The notes under the pieces: generated by a model
Databases searched by the model: none
What the model was told of the DNA's origin: nothing
The model's input: only the letters and a program-made list of their open reading frames with translations
Shown here: in pieces, positions 8,141-17,221 of the stretch
Numbering within the stretch: position 1 is the stretch's first letter
Layout: the number at the start of each line of letters is the position of its first letter
Made by a program: the position numbers and the translations under genes
Assembly (NCBI GenBank): GCA_963667845.2
Contig: CAXXVL010000002.1
Span: forward strand, 1,120,001-1,184,000
Reading direction: 5' to 3'
Origin: Smithellaceae bacterium
GTDB lineage: Bacteria; Desulfobacterota; Syntrophia; Syntrophales; Smithellaceae
Length of the DNA stretch: 64,000 nucleotides

Positions 8141-9382
8141 CTATGCCGGTTTACGGAAGACGACCTGAATGTCGCCGATGGCGCGTTCCCGAAAACCCGC
8201 TTCACAGGTCGCCAGATAATAGATCCATTTGCGTCGGAAGACGTCGTCGAACCCCAGCGCGTTGATTTTGTCGACATTGCGCGTAAATTTTTCACGCCAG
8301 TCCTTGAGTGTCCGGGCATAGTTCGTGCCGATGTCTTCCAATTGCTCCATGAGCAGGCCGGTGTTCCTTGTAACGGCCTGGGACATGGCGGTGACCGACG
8401 GCAGATGGCCGCCGGGGAAAATGTACTTCTTGATCCAGTCCGAGGTTCGCCGGTAATTCTCGTAACTTTGATCCGGAATCGTAATCACCTGGATGACCAG
8501 CTTGCCCGCCGGTTTCAAGAGCTCGTCGCATGCCTTGAAGAATGTGCCCAAATACCTGTGGCCGACGGCTTCGAGCATTTCGATGGAAACAATTTTATCA
8601 AACACGCCTGTTACGTGACGGTAGTCTCTAAACAAAATGCTGATCCTGTCCTCCAGGCCGGCTTGCCGGACGCGCTCGCGCGCCAGCGCAAATTGTTCTT
8701 CGGAGACGGTGATGCCGGTTACATGGCAGCCCGTTTTCTGGACCGCTTCCAGGGCAAAGCCACCCCAGCCGCAACCGATTTCCAAAACATGATCCGCAGG
8801 TCCGATCTGCGCCTTTTCGATGATGCTGTGCAGTTTGCGGTGCTGCGCATCTTCGCAGGTGTCATTTTCACTGCCGTAGAGGCCGCAGGAGTAAAGCATG
8901 GTCGGGTCTAAGAATGTCTGAAAGAAATCGTTGCTCAGATCATAATGTTCACCGATATTCCGGCGCGATCCGCCAAGCGTGTTGGCACGCAGAGCATGCA
9001 TGAGGCGGTCTTTCTTGCGAGCCAGCCAAGCCGTGGTCATGTGTCCGTTCGCCAGCGCTTTTCGGTTCTTAATTAAGACGCTGAATAATGAGGGAATATC
9101 GCTGGTATCCCAGTAGCCTTTCATATAGGCTTCGCCCAGGCCTATATCGCCCCCCCAAACCGCATCATTGAAAAAGCGGTAGTCGTGGATGATCATACGG
9201 GCCTGAAGGGATGAAGAGGCATCACCGAAATGCCGTTCACTTCCGTCCGGCAGACCCAAGGCGAGGCCGCCTGCCTCAATCTTATCGAATAAGCCGATGA
9301 CCAAAGTCATGCAATACCGCTCAAAGATAGTCGGCGGCGGATTGCGAACTATGGGCCGAGGAGACGAAAAGTTATTGTTCAC
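8141..9382 (-). CDS. cfa: Cyclopropane-fatty-acyl-phospholipid synthase family SAM methyltransferase
   Basis: HYDLSNDFF..FLDPTMLYSC, LEIGCGWGG, SIEMLEAVG, YIFPGG; GTG start with GGAGG RBS. Confidence 0.9.
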   Translation of the reverse strand: MNNNFSSPRPIVRNPPPTIFERYCMTLVIGLFDKIEAGGLALGLPDGSERHFGDASSSLQARMIIHDYRFFNDAVWGGDIGLGEAYMKGYWDTSDIPSLFSVLIKNRKALANGHMTTAWLARKKDRLMHALRANTLGGSRRNIGEHYDLSNDFFQTFLDPTMLYSCGLYGSENDTCEDAQHRKLHSIIEKAQIGPADHVLEIGCGWGGFALEAVQKTGCHVTGITVSEEQFALARERVRQAGLEDRISILFRDYRHVTGVFDKIVSIEMLEAVGHRYLGTFFKACDELLKPAGKLVIQVITIPDQSYENYRRTSDWIKKYIFPGGHLPSVTAMSQAVTRNTGLLMEQLEDIGTNYARTLKDWREKFTRNVDKINALGFDDVFRRKWIYYLATCEAGFRERAIGDIQVVFRKPA

Positions 9383-9528
9383 GGGGGCCTCCTTTCAGAA
9401 AGGATAAAAATAATTAACAAAAAAATAGCCTGATCGCAATGGCAATTTTTGTGTGAATCCTTATGGTTATTTTATTGTTCACGGGAGGAACCCTGGGGGG
9501 ATGCGCCTTCAATCAGGAGTCTTCTTAG

Positions 9529-10494
9529 TTAAAGTCGAAATACCTCAATTAAATAAGCGATAATCATGGCTGCACCCGTGAGACTATGGACCTTGATCAT
9601 CGCCAGATTGGCCGGTGCCATGGCCAGGGGATCATTCAGGTGACGACCCATGACGGCAAACGATTTGAAGGCAAAAGGCAGACTGACCAGACCCAGAAGA
9701 ATGAAAGGGGATAGCATCCGCGCCCCGGCGGCGAAAATCAAAATGCCGTATGCAATTGTCAAACCCACTCCATAGAGAACGGCGCCCGCTTTCTTCCCGA
9801 AGCGGGCGACCAGATTCCATTTTCCGCCGCGCCTGTCCGTTTCATAATCGGGGATTTCATTGATCACAATCATCGACCACATCATGAAGCCGGGCACGAA
9901 TGAAGCAATCAAAGGCTCAATTGCCAGCGATTGCGCCTGAACATAATAAGAACCCATGACGATGACCGGACCAAAGTTGACCAAAAGACCGAGTTCGCCG
10001 AACCCCCGGTAACCGAAACGAATCGGCGGCGCTGTGTAAAAAATAGAGGAGACCATGCCGAAAACTCCCAGGGCGAATACCGGCCATCCGCATATGTAAG
10101 TCAGGTAAGCGCCGATGGCTGCGGTTGTCGCGAAGAACAGGATTGAGGCCGTGAGCATCTGCGTGTCTTTGAGAAGTCCCTCCGGCAGGACGCCGCTGCC
10201 TCCGGTAAAGAAGTTCTTTTCTCCCTCTTTATGCAGATCAACCGCATGACGATAGTCGAGTACATCATCCACCATATTGAGGGCGAAATGATTGACGGTG
10301 ACGCCGATGACTACCAGCGTAAAGAGGAACAGGTTAACAGGATGGCCTTTAGCCCAGGCCATTGCCCCGCCCAAAATTGCCGGAAGAATGCTGGGCAGGA
10401 CGAAGTAGAGGCGCAGCGCACGACGCCAGGCAATCCAGGTCGGCACACCGGTCGGCTGGGTCTTGGCTGGATTCTTAGGGATTCGTATTCTCAT
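9529..10494 (-). CDS. menA: UbiA/MenA-family prenyltransferase (1,4-dihydroxy-2-naphthoate prenyltransferase-like)
   Basis: Aspartate-rich motifs NMVDDVLDY and NEIPDYETD, FYTAPP..GY.G.GE, multi-TM. Confidence 0.75.
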   Translation of the reverse strand: MRIRIPKNPAKTQPTGVPTWIAWRRALRLYFVLPSILPAILGGAMAWAKGHPVNLFLFTLVVIGVTVNHFALNMVDDVLDYRHAVDLHKEGEKNFFTGGSGVLPEGLLKDTQMLTASILFFATTAAIGAYLTYICGWPVFALGVFGMVSSIFYTAPPIRFGYRGFGELGLLVNFGPVIVMGSYYVQAQSLAIEPLIASFVPGFMMWSMIVINEIPDYETDRRGGKWNLVARFGKKAGAVLYGVGLTIAYGILIFAAGARMLSPFILLGLVSLPFAFKSFAVMGRHLNDPLAMAPANLAMIKVHSLTGAAMIIAYLIEVFRL

Positions 10495-10677
10495 GGCCTC
10501 TTGTCATTCACCCGATAAACCGGCACCGACCGGCGGATGAGGTTTCAGTTTGAACAATAATACGATACACGGCAAGCAATTACATTATAAAGGTAAGAAG
10601 TAATGAGGAGATGTCAAATTTGTGGGCGAATAATGAGGCGGAAATGAACGCGACACGCCCGAAGGAGCGGCTTTCAT

Positions 10678-11349
10678 TCATTTCCCTTTTTGCTTCTTGA
10701 GAATGTCCAGAATTTTATCGTGATATTTCCAGGCCAGTAAAGAGACCAGGATGGCTGAGAGGACAACAACAGCCAGAAGCACGTAATGTTCTTCATGAGC
10801 CATGTTGCCGCTGATGGAGAGCAGCATCGTGCCGAAAAAGCGGCCGACTGTCGAGACAATGATGAATGTCAATACCGGCATGCGGCTCACGCCCATGATG
10901 TAGCATAAATAGTCTTTGGGAAATCCGGGAATGAGAAACAAGAGAAAAGAAACAAGCAGCCCTTTGTGTTCCATGAAATCGTCGAATTTCTCAAACACCT
11001 CTTTCTTTACTACTTTTTCCAGAAGAGGTTCGCCGAAAAAATGAGCCAGGATGAACGCCAGCCAGGATCCGATGGTGAGGCCGATCGTCGAATAAACCGT
11101 TCCCCAGAAAGGTCCGTACAAATAGCCGCCGATGAAACCACTTACCTCGCCGGGTATGGGTGCGGCGACAACCTGGACGATCTGGAGTAAAATAAAAATG
11201 AGTTCATCGTACGGTTGAGTCTTGATGAATTGAACTAATTTATTCTTATCCTTGAAGAATAGATAAAGATCAAAATGAATAAAGAGAAAGACACCCGCGG
11301 CAATCAGGATGCAGAGGAAAAGGATGCGTAAGAAGAGGCTTCTATTCAT
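10678..11349 (-). CDS. TVP38/DedA (VTT domain) membrane protein
   Basis: QVVAAPIPGE..GFIGGYLYG, FLIPGFPKDYLCY motifs. Confidence 0.85.
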   Translation of the reverse strand: MNRSLFLRILFLCILIAAGVFLFIHFDLYLFFKDKNKLVQFIKTQPYDELIFILLQIVQVVAAPIPGEVSGFIGGYLYGPFWGTVYSTIGLTIGSWLAFILAHFFGEPLLEKVVKKEVFEKFDDFMEHKGLLVSFLLFLIPGFPKDYLCYIMGVSRMPVLTFIIVSTVGRFFGTMLLSISGNMAHEEHYVLLAVVVLSAILVSLLAWKYHDKILDILKKQKGK

Positions 11350-11379
11350 TAACTGATAAGATGGCGCAGATGGTAAATT

Positions 11380-11565
11380 TTATTTTTCGATTTTCCTGGC
11401 TTCATCTTGTGGCTTCGGCTCCGGTTCATTCATGGCTTGTTTAAAACCTCTAATGGCCTTACCAATGGCGCCGCCCAGTTCCGGCAGCTTCCCCGGCCCG
11501 AAGATAATCAGGACAACGGCCAAAATAACAATCAAGTGCATGGGTTGTAACAATCCTTCAAACAT
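11380..11565 (-). CDS. tatA: Twin-arginine translocase subunit TatA/E
   Basis: TM + [19 protein letters not shown] amphipathic helix; GGAGG RBS. Confidence 0.92.
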   Translation of the reverse strand: MFEGLLQPMHLIVILAVVLIIFGPGKLPELGGAIGKAIRGFKQAMNEPEPKPQDEARKIEK

Positions 11566-11663
11566 GAACAGACCTCCTCCAGGATTTTAAGTCCACTATA
11601 ATATTATTCCGAATGAGTCAAATGCAATAATTGACCGTAAAGATTTATTGTTTTTAAACAAGA

Positions 11664-11684
11664 TTTCGGCATGATTTGCCGAAA
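11664..11684. promoter_or_regulatory. Inverted repeat, candidate operator between divergent tatA and thiolase
   Basis: TTTCGGCA-TGATT-TGCCGAAA, perfect 8-bp arms. Confidence 0.4.
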
Positions 11685-11833
11685 AACAACAACAAATTTT
11701 GCAATCCTAAAATAGTTGACTTTGAAAAAACTATATGCAAAAAAAACGAAACTTCTTAAAAATACGCCGGAAGTCTGATTTATCTGCGTTCGAAAAGAAT
11801 AATTTTAAACCTTGCAGGGAGGAAGGACAAAAT

Positions 11834-13198
11834 ATGTCGAAAATACCGCAAAAACTGGACCGGAAGAGATCCGAAATTTATAAAAATGCACCGATTGCAA
11901 AATTTGGCGAAAGGAAGCCTGATTTTACGACGATGGGCCGAAAGATGAAGAATCCTCACAAAAAGTTTCGGGAGGTTGTCTGCGTGGAGGCCTGCCGGAC
12001 GCCCTATGGCCGTTCCGGCGGCGCGCTGAAAGATTTGTCGGCGATGGAACTCGGCGCTCTGGCCATCAAAGAAGTTTTACGCCGTACCGAAGGCAAGGTA
12101 AAGCCCGCGGATGTCGACTACATCTTCATGGGGCAAGTGGTTCCCGCCGGCTGCGGCCAGATCCCGGGCCGCCAGGCTACCATTCTGGCCGGTGTGCCGG
12201 AATCCGTTCCGTCGATCACAGTCAATAAAGTCTGCTCGTCCGGCATCAAAACGATTGATCTGGCGTTTCAAATGATTCTTCTGGGGCGCGCCGAGATCTG
12301 CATCGCCGGCGGTCAGGAAAGCATGAGCAACTGTCCCTTTGTGTTGCCGGATATGCGCTGGGGGGCAAAGATGGGGCTGCCTAACGGCCGCGTCGTCGAT
12401 GCGATGGTGTATGACGGCTTATGGGACGCTTTCTACGATCGCCATATGGCCATTCATGGATCGGAAGTCGCCGACGAATTCGGCTTTACCCGTGAGGAGC
12501 AGGATGAATGGGCCCTGAATTCTCAGATGAACGCTGTAAGCGCTATGGGTGGGGGGAAGCTCGATGATGAAATCTTTCCGGTGGAAGTCAAACAGGGTAA
12601 AAAAATTATCTTGATGGATAAAGACGAAGGGCCGAGGCCGGAGACCACTTTGGAAGGGCTGGCCAAGCTGCCGCCTGTATTCGGGCATCTGAGTACTGTA
12701 ACGGGTAAACCGGGCAGCGTCACGGCCGGAAATGCACCCGGTGTGAATGACGGCGGTGACGTCTGTCTGCTGATGAGCCGGGAAAAAGCCGATGAACTCG
12801 GCCTGAAACCGATTTTTACCATCGTCGACTATGCTGAAGTATCGCAACCGACCAAAGATATTGCGACTGTGCCGGGGCTCGCCATTAAGAAAATTCTGGA
12901 ACAAAACGATATGACCCTCGATCAAATGGACGTCATTGAAATCAATGAGGCCTTCGCCGCAGTGGTGCTGGTGAGCTGCCGTTCCATCCTGGGAATGACC
13001 AGGGAAGAGATGTTTAAAAAGGTGAATGTCAATGGCGGGGCGGTGGCTTACGGTCACCCCATTGGAGCGACGGGAGCCAGAATTGCCATGACGCTGGGGT
13101 ATGAACTGAGACGCCGCGGCGGCGGATACGGCGTCTGCGGTATCTGTTCCGGGCATGCGCAGGGCGATGCCATGCTGATTCGCGTGGATAAAGAATAG
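11834..13198 (+). CDS. Acetyl-CoA C-acyltransferase (thiolase)
   Basis: NKVCSSG (catalytic Cys), NEAF, GHPIGATG, C-terminal CSGHAQG; start ATG 11834 after GGAGGAAGGA. Confidence 0.95.
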   Translation: MSKIPQKLDRKRSEIYKNAPIAKFGERKPDFTTMGRKMKNPHKKFREVVCVEACRTPYGRSGGALKDLSAMELGALAIKEVLRRTEGKVKPADVDYIFMGQVVPAGCGQIPGRQATILAGVPESVPSITVNKVCSSGIKTIDLAFQMILLGRAEICIAGGQESMSNCPFVLPDMRWGAKMGLPNGRVVDAMVYDGLWDAFYDRHMAIHGSEVADEFGFTREEQDEWALNSQMNAVSAMGGGKLDDEIFPVEVKQGKKIILMDKDEGPRPETTLEGLAKLPPVFGHLSTVTGKPGSVTAGNAPGVNDGGDVCLLMSREKADELGLKPIFTIVDYAEVSQPTKDIATVPGLAIKKILEQNDMTLDQMDVIEINEAFAAVVLVSCRSILGMTREEMFKKVNVNGGAVAYGHPIGATGARIAMTLGYELRRRGGGYGVCGICSGHAQGDAMLIRVDKE

Positions 13199-13314
13199 GG
13201 GATCATAAAATCCTGATCAGGAACACCGGACGGGGACGCATTCAAGGATCATTGAGGCAAAACGTCGCCGTTTCGCGGCAAAAAAAAATCAGATAAACCC
13301 GCGATGGAAGACCC

Positions 13315-13752
13315 TTAAATAATGGGGATGTTTTCTTCCTGATCCTCCGGGAGCGTCTGAAATGCGGATTTGACTTCTTTAGGGATGGAACGCAATGTGC
13401 CTTTTTGGGCGTCCACAAAAACCCAGTCGGTTTCGCCGCAGGCCAGCAGGACTCTATCTGCCGGCCGGACGATCTTATACTTGCGCAGGGATTGAACTCG
13501 GCGGAGATTGGACACCCACGTAATAACGGCAACGTGATCGCCTGCGAATGCGGGTTTTAGATATTCAATCTTGTGAGTGCGAATAACCCAGGTCGCGCCC
13601 AGAGCATTGGTGGCGCGTGTACAGCCGACGGCTTCGGAATGCTTCATTGCGGCGTCCTGCATCCATCGAAGGTATTCCACATTATTGACATGCCCGTTTT
13701 GATCTTCCGCCTCCGGGGGCACAGTTAATTCGTAGCGATAGATTTGCTGCAT
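13315..13752 (-). CDS. Acyl-CoA thioesterase (4HBT/YbgC hotdog fold)
   Basis: DQNGHVNNVEYLRWMQDA motif. Confidence 0.9.
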   Translation of the reverse strand: MQQIYRYELTVPPEAEDQNGHVNNVEYLRWMQDAAMKHSEAVGCTRATNALGATWVIRTHKIEYLKPAFAGDHVAVITWVSNLRRVQSLRKYKIVRPADRVLLACGETDWVFVDAQKGTLRSIPKEVKSAFQTLPEDQEENIPII

Positions 13753-13788
13753 AACGCTCCTGGCAATGAATAAAGTCTTTGTGCTTCA

Positions 13789-13817
13789 AGTATATGGAGA
13801 AGAAACGAGAGTGTCAA
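13789..13817 (-). promoter_or_regulatory. sigma70-type promoter for thioesterase
   Basis: TTGACA-N17-TATACT on the minus strand. Confidence 0.65.
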
Positions 13818-13967
13818 CGAAATTGTAAAAGTGATTCATCTCTTCTTTTTAAAAAGCTTTACGTGATTTTTCCGCTGCCGGCATCAGCGGAATTGCTGAC
13901 GAAATCTGCAAGGCATTCAGTTTGAAAAGCGCAAAATAATTGACGCCCAGAAATAACATGCGAGCCG

Positions 13968-15038
13968 CTAAACGTCTGCTGACTTTTTTCTTGCCCTGCT
14001 TAAATGATCTTTTATCATGGGTACGTTATAGTTTGAAACCCTGGATATAATGGTTGCATAATTGTTAATATTAACCCCCATAGGATTGTCCCGAAGAAGA
14101 TCCACTTTAATAAAAGGCATTTTGTAATACAAAACCAGCTGCTTCCACAGGAAATGCGTGACGTTGACCGCCTTTATCCTGACTTCAAACCACAAACCCA
14201 GGCGGCTCAGTTTCTTCCCGGGATGGCGGATAAAATCAAACATTTTTAAAAGACCGTTACCTAATGCTTCTTTCATTTCAGAAAAGATGCTTCCCACGGA
14301 GAGGATAGCAAGTTTGATAAGCATAGCCAGACTTCTCCGGCGATGATCTTTCCTGTGCCTGCGAAACAGACGCAGCCCAAGAACTCGTATATATTTCATG
14401 ATCCTGATGCCCGTCTTTGCCAGGTAAAAATGAAAGCTATAGAAAAAGGCAACGCCGAGCAATAATCGATGGCGAGTATAAGTTGAATCTCTGAAGCCGG
14501 CTTTTAACAAGGTCTGGCTGAGGAGAATCTCGCCAAGTTTAATCACGCCCTTTTTGGATTGCTGAGTTTCCATGCGTTCCCAAAATTGTTGAAAAGCGCT
14601 GGAGACGAGAACTGCTTTCCTGAAGACCAAAAAATAACTCTGAACATGGTATGCAATATCGTAATTGCTGGTCATGCCCCAGAAATCGCAGATTTTTCTC
14701 TCCATCTCGCAAAATATCTGCTCCAGGGGGAAGAAAGGTCCGTAAACACTGTCGTTACAGAGAATCAATTCATCAAAATCATCCAGTGTTTCCGATTGAA
14801 GCGCCAACTTCCAGCTTGCAAAATCGTATCCTTCATTTTTCCGGATCAGGACAGCGTCGCAAACAGACTTCAGCGCAGAAATGGTTTCTGCAGCAAGAGA
14901 GGAGGTAGAGACAAAGACCACTCTGTCTGTAACTTTTCTTATATCCTGAAGATAGAATAAAACATATTGATCTACGATATTATCTTTATCGAAATGAGCA
15001 AAGATGCATAATCTCTTTGCGTGCTCCAGTCCACTCAT
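13968..15038 (-). CDS. Rhamnan synthesis protein F (RgpF) family protein
   Basis: FAHFD, RKNEGYDFASWK, LCNDSVYGP, DFWGMT, HVQSYFLVF, PFIK motifs; ATG 15038 with GGAG RBS; AT-richer than flanks. Confidence 0.85.
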   Translation of the reverse strand: MSGLEHAKRLCIFAHFDKDNIVDQYVLFYLQDIRKVTDRVVFVSTSSLAAETISALKSVCDAVLIRKNEGYDFASWKLALQSETLDDFDELILCNDSVYGPFFPLEQIFCEMERKICDFWGMTSNYDIAYHVQSYFLVFRKAVLVSSAFQQFWERMETQQSKKGVIKLGEILLSQTLLKAGFRDSTYTRHRLLLGVAFFYSFHFYLAKTGIRIMKYIRVLGLRLFRRHRKDHRRRSLAMLIKLAILSVGSIFSEMKEALGNGLLKMFDFIRHPGKKLSRLGLWFEVRIKAVNVTHFLWKQLVLYYKMPFIKVDLLRDNPMGVNINNYATIISRVSNYNVPMIKDHLSRARKKSADV

Positions 15039-15271
15039 ATATTCTCCAGAGAAAATGCTTCGAACATGCATGAATATTCATCTGCCCTTCGCAATCTGTA
15101 CGCGCGGAAAAAGTGCTTCGGTTCATCAGGGGACTGAAAGGGTCCGCTAACAAAAACAAGCACAATTCCTGCCGAAAGGATCCAGCGCCGCGAAAATGAA
15201 TTCCGGCAGAAATACCAGCGTTATGATTCTCCTGGATAACACCATCCGCCTGCTCACGTTCCGTATCGTCT

Positions 15272-16666
15272 TTAAGGTGTCAAATATGATTTGAACCCGC
15301 AATTGGCGCATGCCTTCGGAAATTGGCCTGAAAGCACTCCTCTTCGGAACGATTGGTACGGTTCCGATTCCCAGATTTCATCAAGCGGCCTTTCCAGCAC
15401 ATTGCCAAAACAGACCACCAGACCGTCAGGATTATAGCCAGGCTGCAACATCGGACAAGGATAGACCCCGCCCTCCGGTGATGTGAGGACCCGCTCCGTA
15501 CAGAAACAACGCTCCACCGGGGAACGACGAACGGGCGGGATTCCAACATTGACACCGACATCTGTGCCTATTTGTGTCGCCTCGCTCAGCAGTTTGCCCA
15601 ATCTTTCTTCCCCAAATGTGTTCAACTCGTCCGAGTGGCGTCCGTGTTCATAGCTGAAGGTTATATTTTTCACGCCGAGTAATGCCGCAAGCCGGACAAA
15701 AGCCGGTATCTCGTCCACATTGCCATCCATCATTACAAAATTCATCATAGTACGACAGGAACTGGCGCGCTCGCGCACCAGCTTCGTAAAACGCCTGATG
15801 TTGTCGCAGGTTTGGGCAAAACTCGCCCCGATGCGGTAGCGTTCATACGTCGCTTGAGTTGCGCCGTCAACGGACGCATAAAGAAAGCCGAGTCCCGCGT
15901 CGATCAGATCCCGGCCCAAAGTTTCACAAAGAAGCGTTGCGTTGGTGGTAATGCCCACCTCGCCCGTTACGGGAAGGCGCTCGCTGCAGCACCGGACTAT
16001 TTCGACAATGCGGGGATACAGAAGCGGTTCCCCCAAGGCCATAATCATCACGCAGGAAACATTCGGAACCTCTTTCAGCAGCGCATCGAAGACGCCTTCC
16101 GCCATGTGGCTTGCCGTGGCTGGATAATGTTCATTATTGCGGGGGCACATGGAACAGGCCAGATTACAGGTATCGGTCACGGGAATATGAATCTGTTTTA
16201 AGGGGGAATCCAATTCCTGATCTCTCGATCCATCCACCAGCAGAAGCGGATAGGACTGGACTCGCATCATGAAAGGTTCTTCTCCGCCGGTATCCCAGTG
16301 AGAAAAATGCACGACAACGTTTCCCGGCTCGTTGAAAGGAATCCTCAGCCCCGGCGCCGCCCGCAGCGGGTCCTCTTGACTGCTCCCGCCGAGTTCCAAC
16401 ACTCCTCGATGCAGGTCCAGGTGGGCCATGGTCAGTTTCTTGCGGATGATTTTTAAAGGAATATCCCAGAACCCGAAGTGGCGCTCATGCACCAGGGGGC
16501 GAACCCGGGGGTACACATCCACCCGGAGAAAACCGTCTTCCCGTCCATAGAGAGAGGAGTCGCAAACCACAATCTCCAGATCCAGCAAACCATTAGAAAC
16601 CCACGGTAGTCCCAATGAAAATGGCTCGATGGATGCCGATTCGTTCCCATCAAATACCCGTTCCAA
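15272..16666 (-). CDS. Radical SAM protein with SPASM/twitch domain and ~150-aa N-terminal extra domain
   Basis: CNLACSMC (CX3CX2C), GEPLL, TTNATLL, SVDGA; C-terminal CFC...YPCP...GNV...C..C. Confidence 0.88.
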   Translation of the reverse strand: MERVFDGNESASIEPFSLGLPWVSNGLLDLEIVVCDSSLYGREDGFLRVDVYPRVRPLVHERHFGFWDIPLKIIRKKLTMAHLDLHRGVLELGGSSQEDPLRAAPGLRIPFNEPGNVVVHFSHWDTGGEEPFMMRVQSYPLLLVDGSRDQELDSPLKQIHIPVTDTCNLACSMCPRNNEHYPATASHMAEGVFDALLKEVPNVSCVMIMALGEPLLYPRIVEIVRCCSERLPVTGEVGITTNATLLCETLGRDLIDAGLGFLYASVDGATQATYERYRIGASFAQTCDNIRRFTKLVRERASSCRTMMNFVMMDGNVDEIPAFVRLAALLGVKNITFSYEHGRHSDELNTFGEERLGKLLSEATQIGTDVGVNVGIPPVRRSPVERCFCTERVLTSPEGGVYPCPMLQPGYNPDGLVVCFGNVLERPLDEIWESEPYQSFRRGVLSGQFPKACANCGFKSYLTP

Positions 16667-16834
16667 ACTACCATCCTTGCGCCTGCCAGAGATCGGAAGA
16701 ATTGCCCCTTTGATCCCGGTCAGTCGCCATAAATTGAATCATTTGGAATACGCTCTTGTACGTTACATAGACGCCAATGAGCGTTTGGATAAAGAAACTT
16801 AATGGAAAATCTATAGAGATTATTCGTCTATCTG

Positions 16835-17047
16835 TCAATGAAAATGGGTAGTCTTTGACGGAGATACGTGAGAGATGGCATCGGGATAATGCGGAGCAAG
16901 CCCTGCCGCGCGCTCAAGCGATTCCGTGTCATAAGCCGGGACGATAAACGAAGTTACTCCGGTTGTTTTGCACTTCAGAGCACGCCCTGGCAATGTCCCG
17001 GAGAAGGCCGGATCGTTCAAGTGGCAGTGGGTGTCAATCAGATTCAC
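16835..17047 (-). pseudogene. tatD: Truncated TatD family hydrolase (N-terminal ~55 aa only)
   Basis: MNLIDTHCHLND start motif of TatD; similarity ends after ~55 aa with a stop at 70 aa (normal length ~255 aa). Confidence 0.75.
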
Positions 17048-17162
17048 CAGTCATGCATTCTTGCGGGCTGTATTATATAGATCTTCCTTAGTTTTAAAAC
17101 TGAAATTTGAGACTGGATTGGATCAATGAGAGTGAACGTGTGTGCGGGATCTATGATAAGCA

Positions 17163-17191
17163 AAAACGGCAGGCACAGGGCCTGCCGTTTT
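17163..17191 (-). terminator. Rho-independent terminator of ABC/acyl-CoA ligase operon
   Basis: AAAACGGCAGGC-ACAGG-GCCTGCCGTTTT perfect stem ~30 nt past the stop codon. Confidence 0.75.
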
Positions 17192-17221
17192 GCCGGTCCG
17201 GACGAAAATGATGAAGCGCCT

